From NCBI GenBank assembly GCA_965223735.1, contig OZ245010.1:1712397-1776396 (forward strand): a DNA stretch of 64,000 bases, given 5' to 3'. Under the pieces are notes generated by a model. The model was not told where the DNA came from. It ran no database searches and worked only from the letters and a program-made list of their open reading frames with translations. Positions 37,641 to 48,865 of the stretch are shown in pieces; position 1 is the stretch's first letter, and each line of letters starts with the position of its first letter. The position numbers and the translations under genes were made by a program. The stretch comes from Candidatus Oxydemutatoraceae bacterium. GTDB taxonomy: Bacteria > Pseudomonadota > Gammaproteobacteria > Poriferisulfidales > Oxydemutatoraceae.

Positions 37641-38858
37641 ATGAACAGTATCGACAAAGTTGTTCTCGCCTATTCCGGCGGGCTGGACACCTCAATCATT
37701 CTTAAGTGGTTGCAGACCGCTTACGAGTGTGAAGTGTGCACTTTCACCGCCGACATCGGTCAGGGGGAGGACGACGCGCCGGTACGGGAGAAGGCGCAGA
37801 CGCTTGGTGCGTGCGAAGTTGTCATTGAAGACCTGCACGAGGAGTTTGCGCGCGATTTTGTCTTTCCGATGTTTCGCGCGAACGCGCTGTACGAGGGCGA
37901 ATATCTGCTCGGTACCGCGATCGCACGGCCGTTGATCGCAAAGCGTCTGGTCGAGGTCGCCGCCGAGGTCGGCGCCGACGCCGTGGCGCACGGCGCAACC
38001 GGCAAGGGCAATGACCAGGTGCGGTTTGAACTCGGCGCGTATGCGCTCAACCCCGGCATCAAGGTCATTGCGCCGTGGCGCGAATGGGACCTGAATTCGC
38101 GCTCGGCGCTGATGGCGTACGCGAAGGAGCACGGCATTGAGGTTGAGAAGAGCGCCGACGGCGGTTCGCCTTATTCGATGGACGCGAATCTGTTGCATGT
38201 CTCCTACGAGGGCGGTGTGCTCGAGGACCCATGGGTGCCCGCCGATGAGGCGATGTGGTTGCGTACAGTTTCGCCCGAGGCCGCACCCGACGAGGTGGCG
38301 TATGTGGAGCTTGATTTTGACGGCGGCGATGCGGTCGCGATCGACGGTGAGGCGCTGTTGCCGGCGGCGCTGCTCGAGGCGCTGAACGCGCTCGCGGGAC
38401 GTCACGGCATCGGGCGCGCCGACATTGTTGAGAACCGCTACGTCGGCGTCAAGTCGCGGGGTTGCTACGAAACGCCGGGTGGCACGGTGCTCGCGAAAGC
38501 GCACCGGGCGATGGAATCACTGACGCTCGACCGCGAGGCGCAGCACCTTAAGGATGAGTTGATGCCGCGTTACGCGGCGCTCATTTATAACGGTTACTGG
38601 TGGAGCGGCGAGCGCAGGATGTTGCAGACCCTGATTGATCAAAGCCAGCAGTTCGTCACTGGCACGGTGCGGCTTAAGCTATATAAAGGTATAGTGTCGG
38701 TCGTCGGACGGCGTTCGCCGAACGCGCTGTACGACCGGAAGATCTCGACTTTTGAGGCCGATGAAGGCGCCTACGACCAGTCCGACGCGACAGGATTTAT
38801 CAAACTGAACGCATTGCGCCTGAAACTTGCGGCGGGGCGCAACGACAAAGTAGAATAG
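37641..38858 (+). CDS. argG: Argininosuccinate synthase
   Basis: [11 protein letters not shown]-loop and [13 protein letters not shown]. About 405 aa. Start chosen at MNSIDKVV. Confidence 0.9.
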   Translation: MNSIDKVVLAYSGGLDTSIILKWLQTAYECEVCTFTADIGQGEDDAPVREKAQTLGACEVVIEDLHEEFARDFVFPMFRANALYEGEYLLGTAIARPLIAKRLVEVAAEVGADAVAHGATGKGNDQVRFELGAYALNPGIKVIAPWREWDLNSRSALMAYAKEHGIEVEKSADGGSPYSMDANLLHVSYEGGVLEDPWVPADEAMWLRTVSPEAAPDEVAYVELDFDGGDAVAIDGEALLPAALLEALNALAGRHGIGRADIVENRYVGVKSRGCYETPGGTVLAKAHRAMESLTLDREAQHLKDELMPRYAALIYNGYWWSGERRMLQTLIDQSQQFVTGTVRLKLYKGIVSVVGRRSPNALYDRKISTFEADEGAYDQSDATGFIKLNALRLKLAAGRNDKVE

Positions 38859-38920
38859 GCCACCCGAAAAAGAGGCGACTAGATATGACATACAGAGGCG
38901 GCACAATCACCGGCGGCGGG

Positions 38921-39643
38921 ATGAGGTTACGTATCGTTGTGATGTGCCTGTCGCTGTCGCTGTTGAGCGGCTGCGCGGTGAAGCAGGCGTTCAATGGCGA
39001 GCCGCGCGATCCGTGGGAGGGTTACAACCGCCACGTGTTCGCTTTCAACGAAGGCGTTGATGTCGTGGTGCTGAAGCCGGTGGCGTCGGCCTACCACAAG
39101 TTGTTGCCGGGATTCGCCAGGCGCGGCGTTGCCAACGCTTTTTCCAACCTCGAAGACCTGCCGAGCGCGCTGAACAATCTGCTACAGGGTGATTTTGCGG
39201 GCAGCGGCAGCGACGTCCTGCGGTTCTTGATTAACTCGACGCTCGGCGTTTTTGGCCTGTTTGATCCCGCGACCGCCATGGGGCTGACTAAGCAGCAGGA
39301 GGACTTCGGGCAAACGCTCGGCGTTTGGGGTGTCGGACCGGGGCCCTATTTCATGCTGCCGTTGCTCGGCCCGAGCACGGTGCGCGATTTTCCCGGCAGA
39401 GTGGTGGATTTTCTGATCTATCCGGTGAACCTGATTGACAACCGCGACGTGCGTACGGCTTTGCAGGCGACGGAGGTTGTCAGCGCCCGCGCGGGTTTTC
39501 TCGAGCAGGGAAAGATCCTGCGCGAGTTGTCGCCGGATTTCTATCAGCAGCTCAGGAACTTTTACCTGAACCGCCGCGGGCATTTGATCAGGGACGGGGC
39601 GGACGGGGTGGACGAGGATCTATATAAGGAGGTCATTGAATAG
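38921..39643 (+). CDS. mlaA: MlaA/VacJ family outer-membrane lipoprotein
   Basis: Lipobox LLSGC, and conserved NRHVFAFNEGVD, NSTLGVFGLFD, PYFMLPLLGPST. Confidence 0.8.
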   Translation: MRLRIVVMCLSLSLLSGCAVKQAFNGEPRDPWEGYNRHVFAFNEGVDVVVLKPVASAYHKLLPGFARRGVANAFSNLEDLPSALNNLLQGDFAGSGSDVLRFLINSTLGVFGLFDPATAMGLTKQQEDFGQTLGVWGVGPGPYFMLPLLGPSTVRDFPGRVVDFLIYPVNLIDNRDVRTALQATEVVSARAGFLEQGKILRELSPDFYQQLRNFYLNRRGHLIRDGADGVDEDLYKEVIE

Positions 39644-39649
39644 GCCGCC

Positions 39650-40264
<615 letters not shown>

Positions 40265-40347
40265 CCGGCTGCCTGATTTGAACCCGATACGATCAGTCGA
40301 CGTCGGACTGGTCGGCAAACGATTGACGTACCGGGAGCTCGCCCGGG

Positions 40348-41298
40348 GTGCCTGAACCCCTGACCGGAGACAAGATCATGCCAGCTCATCCCGATCTTTT
40401 CTCAGAAGCTACGCCGGGGGAGCCGGCGCGGGCTTTGCCGCGGAAGCCGCACAAACGGGAGAAGGCGGACAACCAGCCTGTTCTCGCGTGCGACGACAAC
40501 CTTGCCTTCATGCGGAAACTGTCCGACGGGACGATGAAATTGATCGTTACTTCCCCACCGTACAATCTGGGGAAGGACTATGAGGCCAGGCTCTCGCTCG
40601 ACGCCTACCTCGTGACACAGGAACGCGTGATCGCCGAGTGCGTGCGGGTTCTGCATCCGCAGGGTTCGATCTGCTGGCAGGTCGGAAACTACGTCGAAAA
40701 CGGCGAGATCATACCCCTCGACACTGTGCTCTACCCCGTATTCCGGGCGCAAGGTCTGCAACTCCGTAACCGGACCATCTGGCACTTCGGGCATGGCTTG
40801 CATTGTACGAAACGTCTCTCCGGACGGTACGAGACGATCAATTGGTGGACGAAGGGCAAGCACTACACGTGGAATTTGGACCCGATCCGGGTTCCCGCGA
40901 AGTACCCGGACAAGCGCCATTTCAAGGGGCCGAACGTCGGCAAGCTGTCGGGTAACCCGAAAGGGAAGAACCCGAGCGACGTTTGGGCTTTTCCGAACGT
41001 GAAGAACAACCATCCTGAGAAGACGATCCACCCATGCCAGTTTCCGGTTGAACTGGTAGAGCGTCTGGTCCTCTCAATGACCGACGCGGGGGACGCGGTG
41101 CTCGATCCCTACATGGGAGTTGGTTCATCGGTCATTGCCGCGCTGATGCACGAGCGGATGGCCTATGGATGCGACAATGTCCCCAGGTATGTCGATATCG
41201 CCCGCAAGCGCGTCCGCCAGCTGTATAACGGATCCTTGCGCACTCGCCCTATGGGGAAACCCATCTACGATCCGGATCGGCCGCGCGGCGGGCATTGA
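40348..41298 (+). CDS. Beta-class DNA methyltransferase (N4-cytosine or N6-adenine), SPPY motif
   Basis: Motif IV TSPPYNL precedes the AdoMet motif I (..DPYMGVGSS..), the beta-class arrangement. Adjacent to an endonuclease-like ORF. Confidence 0.75.
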   Translation: MPEPLTGDKIMPAHPDLFSEATPGEPARALPRKPHKREKADNQPVLACDDNLAFMRKLSDGTMKLIVTSPPYNLGKDYEARLSLDAYLVTQERVIAECVRVLHPQGSICWQVGNYVENGEIIPLDTVLYPVFRAQGLQLRNRTIWHFGHGLHCTKRLSGRYETINWWTKGKHYTWNLDPIRVPAKYPDKRHFKGPNVGKLSGNPKGKNPSDVWAFPNVKNNHPEKTIHPCQFPVELVERLVLSMTDAGDAVLDPYMGVGSSVIAALMHERMAYGCDNVPRYVDIARKRVRQLYNGSLRTRPMGKPIYDPDRPRGGH

Positions 41299-41909
41299 TG
41301 CGGATCAGAGCCCTCTATTCGCACCTGAACGGCAGGGAATACCTGCAGGTCCATCGGGAAAGGCTGTGGCGGGAAGTGGAGGAGGTCATTGAGGCCGTGA
41401 ATGCGGAATCTTGTCGAACCAAGATCTCGGAGGAGAAGAAGCGTCACGGCAAACGTCTCTATTCCCCCGTGGACATGAACCAGGCGTTCAAGTGCGGATT
41501 GGAGGCGCGGGGATGAGGCGAGCGCCGGAGTACGTTCTGGGTGACGTTCGACGAGAAGTTGTTGCGCAGCATCTGTGGACGTTCGGAAAATGAGCAGAAA
41601 CAGGTCATCAGGGACGCAGGCTACGAGCCGATCATGTCCTACAATCAGACCGACTTCGTGAAGGATCGTGTCGCGATCGAAATCCAGTTCGGCAAGTATG
41701 CTTTTGTGGCGCACGACCTGTTCGTGAAGCACGTCAGTTTCTACGTCTCAGACGTCATCGACGTTGGGATCGAAGTCCTGCCCATGAAGGAATTGGAGAG
41801 GAAAATGTCTTCCGGTGTGCCCTACTACGAGAGGGACTTGCTGAATGTGCTGCGGCAGGGGCGCGGCGTCCCGGCGGTTCCGCTGGTGCTGATTGGCGTT
41901 GTGCCGTGA
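41295..41909 (+). pseudogene. BamHI-like type II restriction endonuclease reading frame interrupted by an in-frame TGA (41514-41516)
   Basis: ORFs 41295..41516 and 41541..41909 are in the same frame. SPVDMNQAFK aligns to BamHI GPIDVYKEFI, and DRVAIEIQFGKYAFVAHDLF..IDVGIEVLPMKEL aligns to the BamHI catalytic region RVGMEFETGNISSAHRS..IDLAIILMPIKQL. Confidence 0.55.
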
Positions 41910-42002
41910 GTTGTCAGACCCGGCAGGCAACCCCCATTGATCCGGGTTGCAAACCCGGCGCCGACGGATCAGGTATCAGGCAGGCAAAAATGTCAAGGCG
42001 TA

Positions 42003-42302
42003 TCAGCGCAACACCGGATTGAACGGCTTGACGGGGACTTCCTCGTACACACCCGCTGCCAGATAAGGTTCTTCGTCCGCCCACGCCTGCGCGTCTTCGA
42101 GCGAATCAAATTCAGCGACGATCAGGCTGCCGGTGAAGCCGGCGTCGCCGGGCTCGAGGCAGTCGGTTGCCGGAAACGGCCCCGCGAGCAACAGTCGCCC
42201 GCTGCGGTGCAGTGTCTGAAGTCTTGAAAAATGCGCTTCGCGCGAGCGCCTGCGCTTTTCGAGGCTGTCGGGCAGGTCTTTGCAGAGGAACGCGTACCAC
42301 AT
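42003..42302 (-). CDS. YciI-like protein
   Basis: About 100 aa starting MWYAFLCKD..., with the YciI family's conserved H/D dyad region. The supplied ORF extends further upstream. Confidence 0.6.
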   Translation of the reverse strand: MWYAFLCKDLPDSLEKRRRSREAHFSRLQTLHRSGRLLLAGPFPATDCLEPGDAGFTGSLIVAEFDSLEDAQAWADEEPYLAAGVYEEVPVKPFNPVLR

Positions 42303-42486
42303 GGCGGAGATTACTCTAGCATGTCCGGCCTCGCGGGATTGTGCGGAAATCGCCCCGCAACTGCGCCGGGACAAGGGATTTTCGCCGGGATCAGGCGCGA
42401 TATGCCCCTGATTGCCGGTTCAGTTGCCAATCGGGGCGGGGGTATTACAATAAGGTGATAACGGCAGGATATTTGGAGGGATCGTT

Positions 42487-44790
42487 ATGACAGCTGTTAC
42501 CAAGTTTAAGGCCCCAGAAGGTTATTCAATTCACCATATGCCGTGCCCGCACGATTGTCCGGACACCTGCTCGACGCTGATCACCCGCGACGACAAGACA
42601 GGCAAGGCGATCCGTATTCAGGGCGACCCGACCCACCCGGTGACGAAGGGGTATCTGTGCAACAAGGTCAATCATTACCTGGAGCTGGTTTACAACGACA
42701 ACCGCGTGCTGTATCCGCATAAGCGGGTCGGGCCGAAAGGCCCCGGCGCAAAATTTGAACGTATCAGTTGGGACGAGGCGCTCGACGCCGTCACCGACAA
42801 TTTCAAGCAGACCATTGAGGAATACGGGGCCGAGGCGGTCCAGCCTTATTCCTACTCGGGCACGCTGGGGATGCTGGGTTACTGGGGCATGGACCAGCGC
42901 TTCTGGAACAAGATGAATGCGGCGCGTCTCGAGCAGTCCATCTGCATTTACGCCGCAATGTGGGCGGGCATCTACACTTACGGCATCGCCAACGGTCCCG
43001 CGCTAGACGAGGCGTGCGACGACGCCGAGTTGATCATCCTGTGGGGCACCAATCTTGTCAGCACCGGCGTGCACGCAATTCCCTTCATACAGAAAGCGCG
43101 CGCGCGCGGTGTGAAACTGATCGTCATTGACCCGCGCATCACGCGCACGACGATGATGGCCGACTGGCACATTCAGCCGCGCCCCGGCACCGACGGTGCA
43201 CTCGCGCTCTGCATGATGAAGATCATCGTTGACAAGGGGTTGCACGACGTTGATTTCCTGAAAGAGCAGACCAACGGCTGGGAAGAGTTTCTCGAGAAGA
43301 AATTGCCCGAGTACACGGTCGAGAAAGTCGCCGGGATCACCGGCCTGACCCCGGAGGTGATCACTCGATTTGCGCTGGAATACGCCGCCACTAAAAAGAC
43401 GTATATCCGCGCCAACTACGGCCTCAACCGCCATCAGAACGCGGGGCAGATGTGCCGTGCCATTCTGACGTTGCCGTGCATCACCGGCGCGTGGCGCGAG
43501 AAATGCGGCGGCACCGCGTTCGGCACGCTCGAAGAGATGTGGCTGAAGTTTCCGCTGGGAAAATTGCAGCGTCCCGACCTCGGCAACCGCAGCGAATCGC
43601 GCATCGTGAACATGGTGCAGATCGGGCGCGCGCTTACCGATGACGTCGGCGCCAATGAGGAGAAACTCGATCCGCCGATCAAGTTGTTGTTCGTGTACAA
43701 CTCGGATCCCGCAAACTGCGCGCCGAACAGTAACAACGTGCGCAAGGGGCTGATGCGCGACGATCTGTTTGTCGCGGTGCACGAAACGTTCTGGACGGAC
43801 ACCTGTGATTATGCCGACATCGTGTTGCCGGCGGATACGCAACTCGAGCGCATGGATCTGCACGCGGCGTACGGCAATTACTACTTCGGCATGAACAAGC
43901 CGGTGATCGAGCCCCTCGGCGAGAGCGTGCGCAACACCGAGTTGTTCCGCAAGTTGGCGGCAAAGATGGGCTACGTTGAGCCCGGCGACAACGCGTTCAT
44001 CCAGACCGACGAGGAGATGGTTCGCGAGATCATCGATTCCGAGGAGAACCCGCTGATGGAGGGCATCACCTACGAGCAGCTTGAGGAAAACGGCTGGGCG
44101 CGCGGGCACGTCGAGGCGGAGCGGCGCAACTACCTGAAGAACGGCTGGCCGACGCCCAGCGGCAAGATCGATATCTACTGCGAGGCGTTGAAGGAACTCG
44201 GGCAGGACCCGTTGCCGACTTACAAACCCGAGATCGAGGGGCAGGAGGACGAGCGGCGCAAGCAGTTTCCGTTGCAGGTGCTGAGCAGCGCCACGCATTA
44301 CTTCATCGGCGACTCGTTCCAGTCGGTGCCGCGTTTGCAGGCGATGATGTCGCGTCCGACGGTTGAGTTGAGCGTCGAGGACGCCAAGGTGCGCGGCATC
44401 AACGAAGGCGATCTCGTACGGCTGTACAACGACCGCGGCGAGACTTTCTGCTACGCCGTGATCGTCGAGGGATTGCTGTCGGGCGTGTGCTCGACGCAGA
44501 AGCAGTTCAAGGGCAGCAGAACGCTGGGCGGCGTCAATGCAAATGCGCTGAATACTGAAATGCTGACCGATTTCGGCATGAGCCCGACTTTCTACTCGGT
44601 GCTGGTTGAAGCCGAGAAAGTGGAAGACCACGACCGCGTCACACCGCAGAAATGGGCGCAGGTCGGCGGGGATGAGGGTTATATTCGGGAGTGGCGCGCC
44701 GATCCGCGCAACGCTGGCGTCGAGGCCACCGACGAAGAGATCATCGAGTTTGCCAGGAGCAAACACCCCGAAGCGTTTTGTCAGAAATAA
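42487..44790 (+). CDS. Molybdopterin (bis-MGD) oxidoreductase catalytic subunit, cytoplasmic type (no Tat signal)
   Basis: N-terminal 4Fe-4S motif CPHDCPDTC and MopB-superfamily architecture. 767 aa. Confidence 0.75.
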   Translation: MTAVTKFKAPEGYSIHHMPCPHDCPDTCSTLITRDDKTGKAIRIQGDPTHPVTKGYLCNKVNHYLELVYNDNRVLYPHKRVGPKGPGAKFERISWDEALDAVTDNFKQTIEEYGAEAVQPYSYSGTLGMLGYWGMDQRFWNKMNAARLEQSICIYAAMWAGIYTYGIANGPALDEACDDAELIILWGTNLVSTGVHAIPFIQKARARGVKLIVIDPRITRTTMMADWHIQPRPGTDGALALCMMKIIVDKGLHDVDFLKEQTNGWEEFLEKKLPEYTVEKVAGITGLTPEVITRFALEYAATKKTYIRANYGLNRHQNAGQMCRAILTLPCITGAWREKCGGTAFGTLEEMWLKFPLGKLQRPDLGNRSESRIVNMVQIGRALTDDVGANEEKLDPPIKLLFVYNSDPANCAPNSNNVRKGLMRDDLFVAVHETFWTDTCDYADIVLPADTQLERMDLHAAYGNYYFGMNKPVIEPLGESVRNTELFRKLAAKMGYVEPGDNAFIQTDEEMVREIIDSEENPLMEGITYEQLEENGWARGHVEAERRNYLKNGWPTPSGKIDIYCEALKELGQDPLPTYKPEIEGQEDERRKQFPLQVLSSATHYFIGDSFQSVPRLQAMMSRPTVELSVEDAKVRGINEGDLVRLYNDRGETFCYAVIVEGLLSGVCSTQKQFKGSRTLGGVNANALNTEMLTDFGMSPTFYSVLVEAEKVEDHDRVTPQKWAQVGGDEGYIREWRADPRNAGVEATDEEIIEFARSKHPEAFCQK

Positions 44791-44802
44791 CCGGACAGGG
44801 AT

Positions 44803-45936
44803 TTGATCATGAGAGACTTTGCTCAATTCAGCGATCCGCTTGACCGTTATCTCGGACGCACCGTGCCCAAGCCCGACGGCACTCTGCGTGGACGGCACGT
44901 GGTAATCAGCACGGCGGAGATTTGCGCCATCAAGGAACTGACGCACGACACCTACGCGCTGACGGTGCAGTGCGACGCCGAATGTGAAGGCGTGATGCCG
45001 AAAGCGGGGCAGTATGCGACGCTCAAGCCGGATCATCTGATCAAGCCGCGCGCTTATTCGTTTGCTCGTGCTCCCGGCACTGAGCCGATGGGGCAGCACA
45101 CTTTCTTCGTCCGTCTGATGGAAGGTGGGCTGTTTTCCAACTGGCTGTTCGAGAAAGACCGCGTCGGCGAACCGTTGACGGTCAGTGGCCCGCTCGGCAA
45201 GTTCACGATCGACGGTTCGAACCGCCCGATGCTGTGTGTTGCGGGCGGCAGCGGCATGAGCGCGATTTATGCCATCCTCGAGGACGCCACGCGCAATCAG
45301 GTCAAGTGCGACGCGGTGTTTTTATACGGTGCGCGCACGCAGAGGGACTTGTACCTGCTTGACGAGATCAAAGGGTTTGGGGAGCAGTGGCATCCCGACC
45401 ACAAGTTTGAGTTCGTCCCGGTGTTGTCGGAAGAGCCCGACGACAGCGACTGGCAAGGCGGCAGGGGGTTTGTCACCGACTATATGAAGTCCGAGTATCT
45501 CGACAGCGGGCGCGTCAAGGTGTCCGACTGCGCCGCCTACTTCTGCGGACCGCCGCCGATGATCGACCTGGGGATACAGGTGTTGCTCGACGAGGGCATG
45601 AACATTGACGACATCCGCTACGACAAGTTTGAGGACGCGCGCTCGCCGGCGCCGGTGATTGACAACACCAAATGCGTGCTGTGCGATGAATGTCTTATGG
45701 TGCGTCCTGCCGAGCATTGCATCAACGAGATCGTGCAGTTGAAAAAAAACGGCATAGACTTGACTGAGTACGAGCGATTGAAACCGGCCGACACCTCGGG
45801 GCTTTACTACAACACCCTGTATATAGATGACGACGAGTGCATCCGTTGCTATGCGTGCGTTGACGTCTGCCCCGCCGACGCCATCGACCCCGGTTACAGC
45901 AAAGAGCCTAAAACCCTGCGAAATATAGTGGCGTAG
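44803..45936 (+). CDS. FNR-like FAD/NAD(P)-binding reductase with a C-terminal 2x[4Fe-4S] ferredoxin domain
   Basis: Ferredoxin-reductase-type FAD/NAD fold (CVAGGSGMSAI) plus C-terminal CVLCDEC..CIRCYACVDVCP clusters. Probable electron-transfer partner of the upstream Mo enzyme. Confidence 0.7.
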   Translation: MIMRDFAQFSDPLDRYLGRTVPKPDGTLRGRHVVISTAEICAIKELTHDTYALTVQCDAECEGVMPKAGQYATLKPDHLIKPRAYSFARAPGTEPMGQHTFFVRLMEGGLFSNWLFEKDRVGEPLTVSGPLGKFTIDGSNRPMLCVAGGSGMSAIYAILEDATRNQVKCDAVFLYGARTQRDLYLLDEIKGFGEQWHPDHKFEFVPVLSEEPDDSDWQGGRGFVTDYMKSEYLDSGRVKVSDCAAYFCGPPPMIDLGIQVLLDEGMNIDDIRYDKFEDARSPAPVIDNTKCVLCDECLMVRPAEHCINEIVQLKKNGIDLTEYERLKPADTSGLYYNTLYIDDDECIRCYACVDVCPADAIDPGYSKEPKTLRNIVA

Positions 45937-46089
45937 GTTCGCCCCGAACCTGCGGCCTGCGCGTCGGTCTGCAATTCGTCAGTTCCGCGGGCGCGGAGCG
46001 GGTTTTGTATCCGCCGGGACGATGATGCCTGATTTGTCATTCACATCGGCGCAGAGTTTTGGCATAGTAGCAGTTTAGTTGTTGCACAC

Positions 46090-46166
46090 GCGCCCGTAGC
46101 TCAGTTGGATAGAGTACCTGGCTACGAACCAGGTGGTCGGAGGTTCGAATCCTTCCGGGCGCGCCA
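46090..46166 (+). tRNA. tRNA-Arg (anticodon ACG)
   Basis: Cloverleaf read by eye: acceptor GCGCCCG/CGGGCGC, anticodon stem-loop cctgg-CTACGAA-ccagg, T-arm GGAGGTTCGAATCCTTC, 3' CCA. Near-identical to E. coli argV. Confidence 0.9.
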
Positions 46167-46178
46167 CAGCCTGATAAT

Positions 46179-46955
46179 ATGCCGTCTGCGCTGATTACAC
46201 TGATGATCGTCCTGTCCGGGTTTTTTTCCGGCGCGGCATTATTCGCTTCTCCGTTTGATGAAGCCGTCGAAGAGTCGGTGCGCAGTGCGCGCGCCGGTGC
46301 CGCTTCCCAGCAGCTCGTAGAGAAGCTCGACGACGAGGCGCGCGCCCTGTTTGCCGAATACCGTGCGGTGATCCGCCACGTCGAGGCGCTCGAGATCTAC
46401 GTCGGGCGTTTGCGCCGACTGATCGCCGATCAGGAAGACGACGTTCTCCGCCGCGAAGGCGACGTCGCGAGCGTTGGGACTTTTGAGCGCGAACTGTTTC
46501 CCGTCATGGAGCGTATGATCAGCACGCTCGAGCGTTTCATCCGTGCCGACCTGCCTTTTCTGGCCGAAGAACGCACGGAGCGTATCGTGCGGCTCAAGGA
46601 TCTGATGTCGCATTCCGACGTTACCGTGTCCGAAAAATTTCGCCAACTGATGGAGGCGTATCAGGTCGAAAGCGATTACGGCCGCACGATTGAGGCGTAC
46701 CGGGGAGAAGTCGGCGAAGGCGAAGCACGGCGCATAGTCGATTTCCTGCGCGTCGGGCGCAACCTGCTGGTGTACCAGACGCTTGACGGCGAGGAATCCG
46801 CCGTGTGGAACGTCGCGACCGCCGCTTGGCAACCGCTGGCCGACGCCTACCGCGCCGAAATTCGTCGCGGTCTGCGCATCGCGCGCAAACAGGCGGCGCC
46901 CGATCTGTTGATCCTGCCGTTCACGGCGCCGGTTGATCTGGAGACTTTGCAATGA
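46179..46955 (+). CDS. DUF3450-family protein (first gene of a TonB-system cluster)
   Basis: Signal/TM segment followed by a coiled-coil. Standard position upstream of MotA/TolQ/ExbB-ExbB-ExbD-TonB-TPR. Confidence 0.7.
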   Translation: MPSALITLMIVLSGFFSGAALFASPFDEAVEESVRSARAGAASQQLVEKLDDEARALFAEYRAVIRHVEALEIYVGRLRRLIADQEDDVLRREGDVASVGTFERELFPVMERMISTLERFIRADLPFLAEERTERIVRLKDLMSHSDVTVSEKFRQLMEAYQVESDYGRTIEAYRGEVGEGEARRIVDFLRVGRNLLVYQTLDGEESAVWNVATAAWQPLADAYRAEIRRGLRIARKQAAPDLLILPFTAPVDLETLQ

Positions 46956-48331
46956 CGCGGTTTGTGCGCTTCGCCTGTGTGCTGCTCGCCTGTGCCGGTT
47001 CGTGCACAAGCGCCGCCGAACCGTCGGCGCTGACAGGCCTGCTTGAGGAAGTGCGCCGCATGCGCGTTGCCGGCAGTGAAGAGAACCGCGCGCGTGAAGA
47101 GCAGTTTCTCCTGCGACGCGACGAACGCCGCCGCCTGCTCGACGATGCAAAAAACCGTCTCGATCAATTGACCGCCGACAGTGAACTCCTCGAAAAGCGG
47201 TTCAACGCCAACGAACTCAGGCTGGCGGAGCTCGAAACACTTTATCGTCAACGCGCCGGCGGGTTTGACGAGGTGTCAGGTGTTTTCCGCCGTGCCGCTG
47301 CGGATCTCGAGGTGCAGTTCGCCCATTCCCTCGCCGCGTTGGGCATCGGCAACCGGCGCGGTCTGCTCGCCGAGATGCGTTCGCAAAGCGGCCTGCCGTC
47401 GGTGGCGCAACTCGACGGTTTGTTGCTGCTGTTCATTGAATTGATGACGATGCAGGCGGTGAACGTGCACTTTGAAAGCGAAGTCGTGTCGCCTGAAGGC
47501 ATTGCCGATCGTCGGCGCGTGGTGCGGGTGGGGCCGTTTACGGCGACCGCCGCCGGCGATTTTCTGTCCTACCTGCCCGGGCAGGTAGGCGAGCAGGGGC
47601 GGTTGTTTCAGTTGGCGCGCCGTCCGGCGGCGCGTTACGTCGATGCCGCGGAGTCCTTTATGCAGGCCGGGTCAGGGCTCGCCGCCGCACCGATCGACCC
47701 CTCGCGCGGCTCGGTGCTGTCTTTGCTGGTGCGTTCGCCGACGCTCGCCGAGCGCATCGAACAGGGCGGTCCGATCGGCTATCTGATTCTTCTGATCGGG
47801 GCGACCGGTTTGCTGCTCGGCGCCGAGCGCCTGTGGACTTTGACCGCCGCGCGCCGTGCAGTGGAGCGGCAATGCCGCGACATCGGTCACCCGCGTGACA
47901 ATCCTCTGGGGCGGGTGCTCGCGGTCTGCGAAGCCGATCGTGCCGGCGGCGCGGTCGATTACGAAGTGCTGGAGCTGAAACTCGACGATGCGATGATGAA
48001 GGAGATGCCGCCGCTCGAGAGAGGGCTCGGTGCAATGAAGGTGTTCGCCGCGGTTGCGCCGCTGCTCGGCCTGCTCGGTACCGTGACCGGCATGATCGAG
48101 ACTTTTCAGGCGGTCACGTTGTTCGGCTCCGGCGATCCGAAGGTGATGGCGGGTGGAATTGGCCAGGCGCTGGTGACGACTGCGTTGGGGCTGATCGTCG
48201 CCGTGCCGATCCTGCTGTTGCATACGCTCGCGAGCGCGCGCAGCCGCGCGGTCAGGGAGGTGCTCGAAACGCAAAGCGCGGGCCTGCTCTCGGAATATGT
48301 CGAGACGGGGGTTGCGCGCAAGGGGCGGTGA
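46952..48331 (+). CDS. MotA/TolQ/ExbB proton-channel family protein (long form)
   Basis: Periplasmic coiled-coil N-terminal region plus a C-terminal MotA/TolQ/ExbB channel domain (LLGLLGTVTGMIETF). Confidence 0.75.
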   Translation: MTRFVRFACVLLACAGSCTSAAEPSALTGLLEEVRRMRVAGSEENRAREEQFLLRRDERRRLLDDAKNRLDQLTADSELLEKRFNANELRLAELETLYRQRAGGFDEVSGVFRRAAADLEVQFAHSLAALGIGNRRGLLAEMRSQSGLPSVAQLDGLLLLFIELMTMQAVNVHFESEVVSPEGIADRRRVVRVGPFTATAAGDFLSYLPGQVGEQGRLFQLARRPAARYVDAAESFMQAGSGLAAAPIDPSRGSVLSLLVRSPTLAERIEQGGPIGYLILLIGATGLLLGAERLWTLTAARRAVERQCRDIGHPRDNPLGRVLAVCEADRAGGAVDYEVLELKLDDAMMKEMPPLERGLGAMKVFAAVAPLLGLLGTVTGMIETFQAVTLFGSGDPKVMAGGIGQALVTTALGLIVAVPILLLHTLASARSRAVREVLETQSAGLLSEYVETGVARKGR

Positions 48332-48865
48332 ATGAACGTGAGTCTTGACCCGTTCCGTCCCATCGGTGAACTGCTTGAAAGCGGCGGGCCGGTGCTCGGG
48401 ATACTTCTCGTGATGACGTTCGTCATGTGGCTTCTGATCATTGAACGCTACTGGTACTTGTCGTTCCAGCAGCGGTTTTTCGCTGACGAGTTCGCCTCGC
48501 GCTGGCGGGCGCGCAGCGACCGGCGTTCACGCGCCGCCCGCATGATCCGTTCGTGCTGGCTTTCGCAGTTTCGCTGCCATCTTGAACAACGCATTGCCCT
48601 GATCAGGATGCTGGTCGGTATCAGCCTGCTGCTCGGCCTGCTCGGTACGGTAACCGGCATGGTCGGCGTATTTGAAGGACTGTCGGTATTCGGTGTCGGG
48701 GGTTCCGGCGGTATCCGGGCGGTCGCCGACGGCATTGCCGGCGCGGTCTTCCCCGCGATGGCCGGGATGGTTGCTGCGCTGTCGGGTGTGTATTTCTCTG
48801 CGCAGCTCAAAAAGCGCGTCGCGCACGCGGTGCGGGTATTGCGCGTGTGTCTGGCGCTGGAGTGA
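48332..48865 (+). CDS. exbB: ExbB/TolQ family protein
   Basis: 177 aa, three TM helices, LLGLLGTVTGMVGVF motif. Confidence 0.75.
   Translation: MNVSLDPFRPIGELLESGGPVLGILLVMTFVMWLLIIERYWYLSFQQRFFADEFASRWRARSDRRSRAARMIRSCWLSQFRCHLEQRIALIRMLVGISLLLGLLGTVTGMVGVFEGLSVFGVGGSGGIRAVADGIAGAVFPAMAGMVAALSGVYFSAQLKKRVAHAVRVLRVCLALE

Noticed and set aside
41514-41516. In-frame TGA in the endonuclease as selenocysteine or recoding
   Set aside because: Restriction endonucleases are not selenoproteins and the context is not SECIS-like. A nonsense mutation or sequencing error is far more likely.
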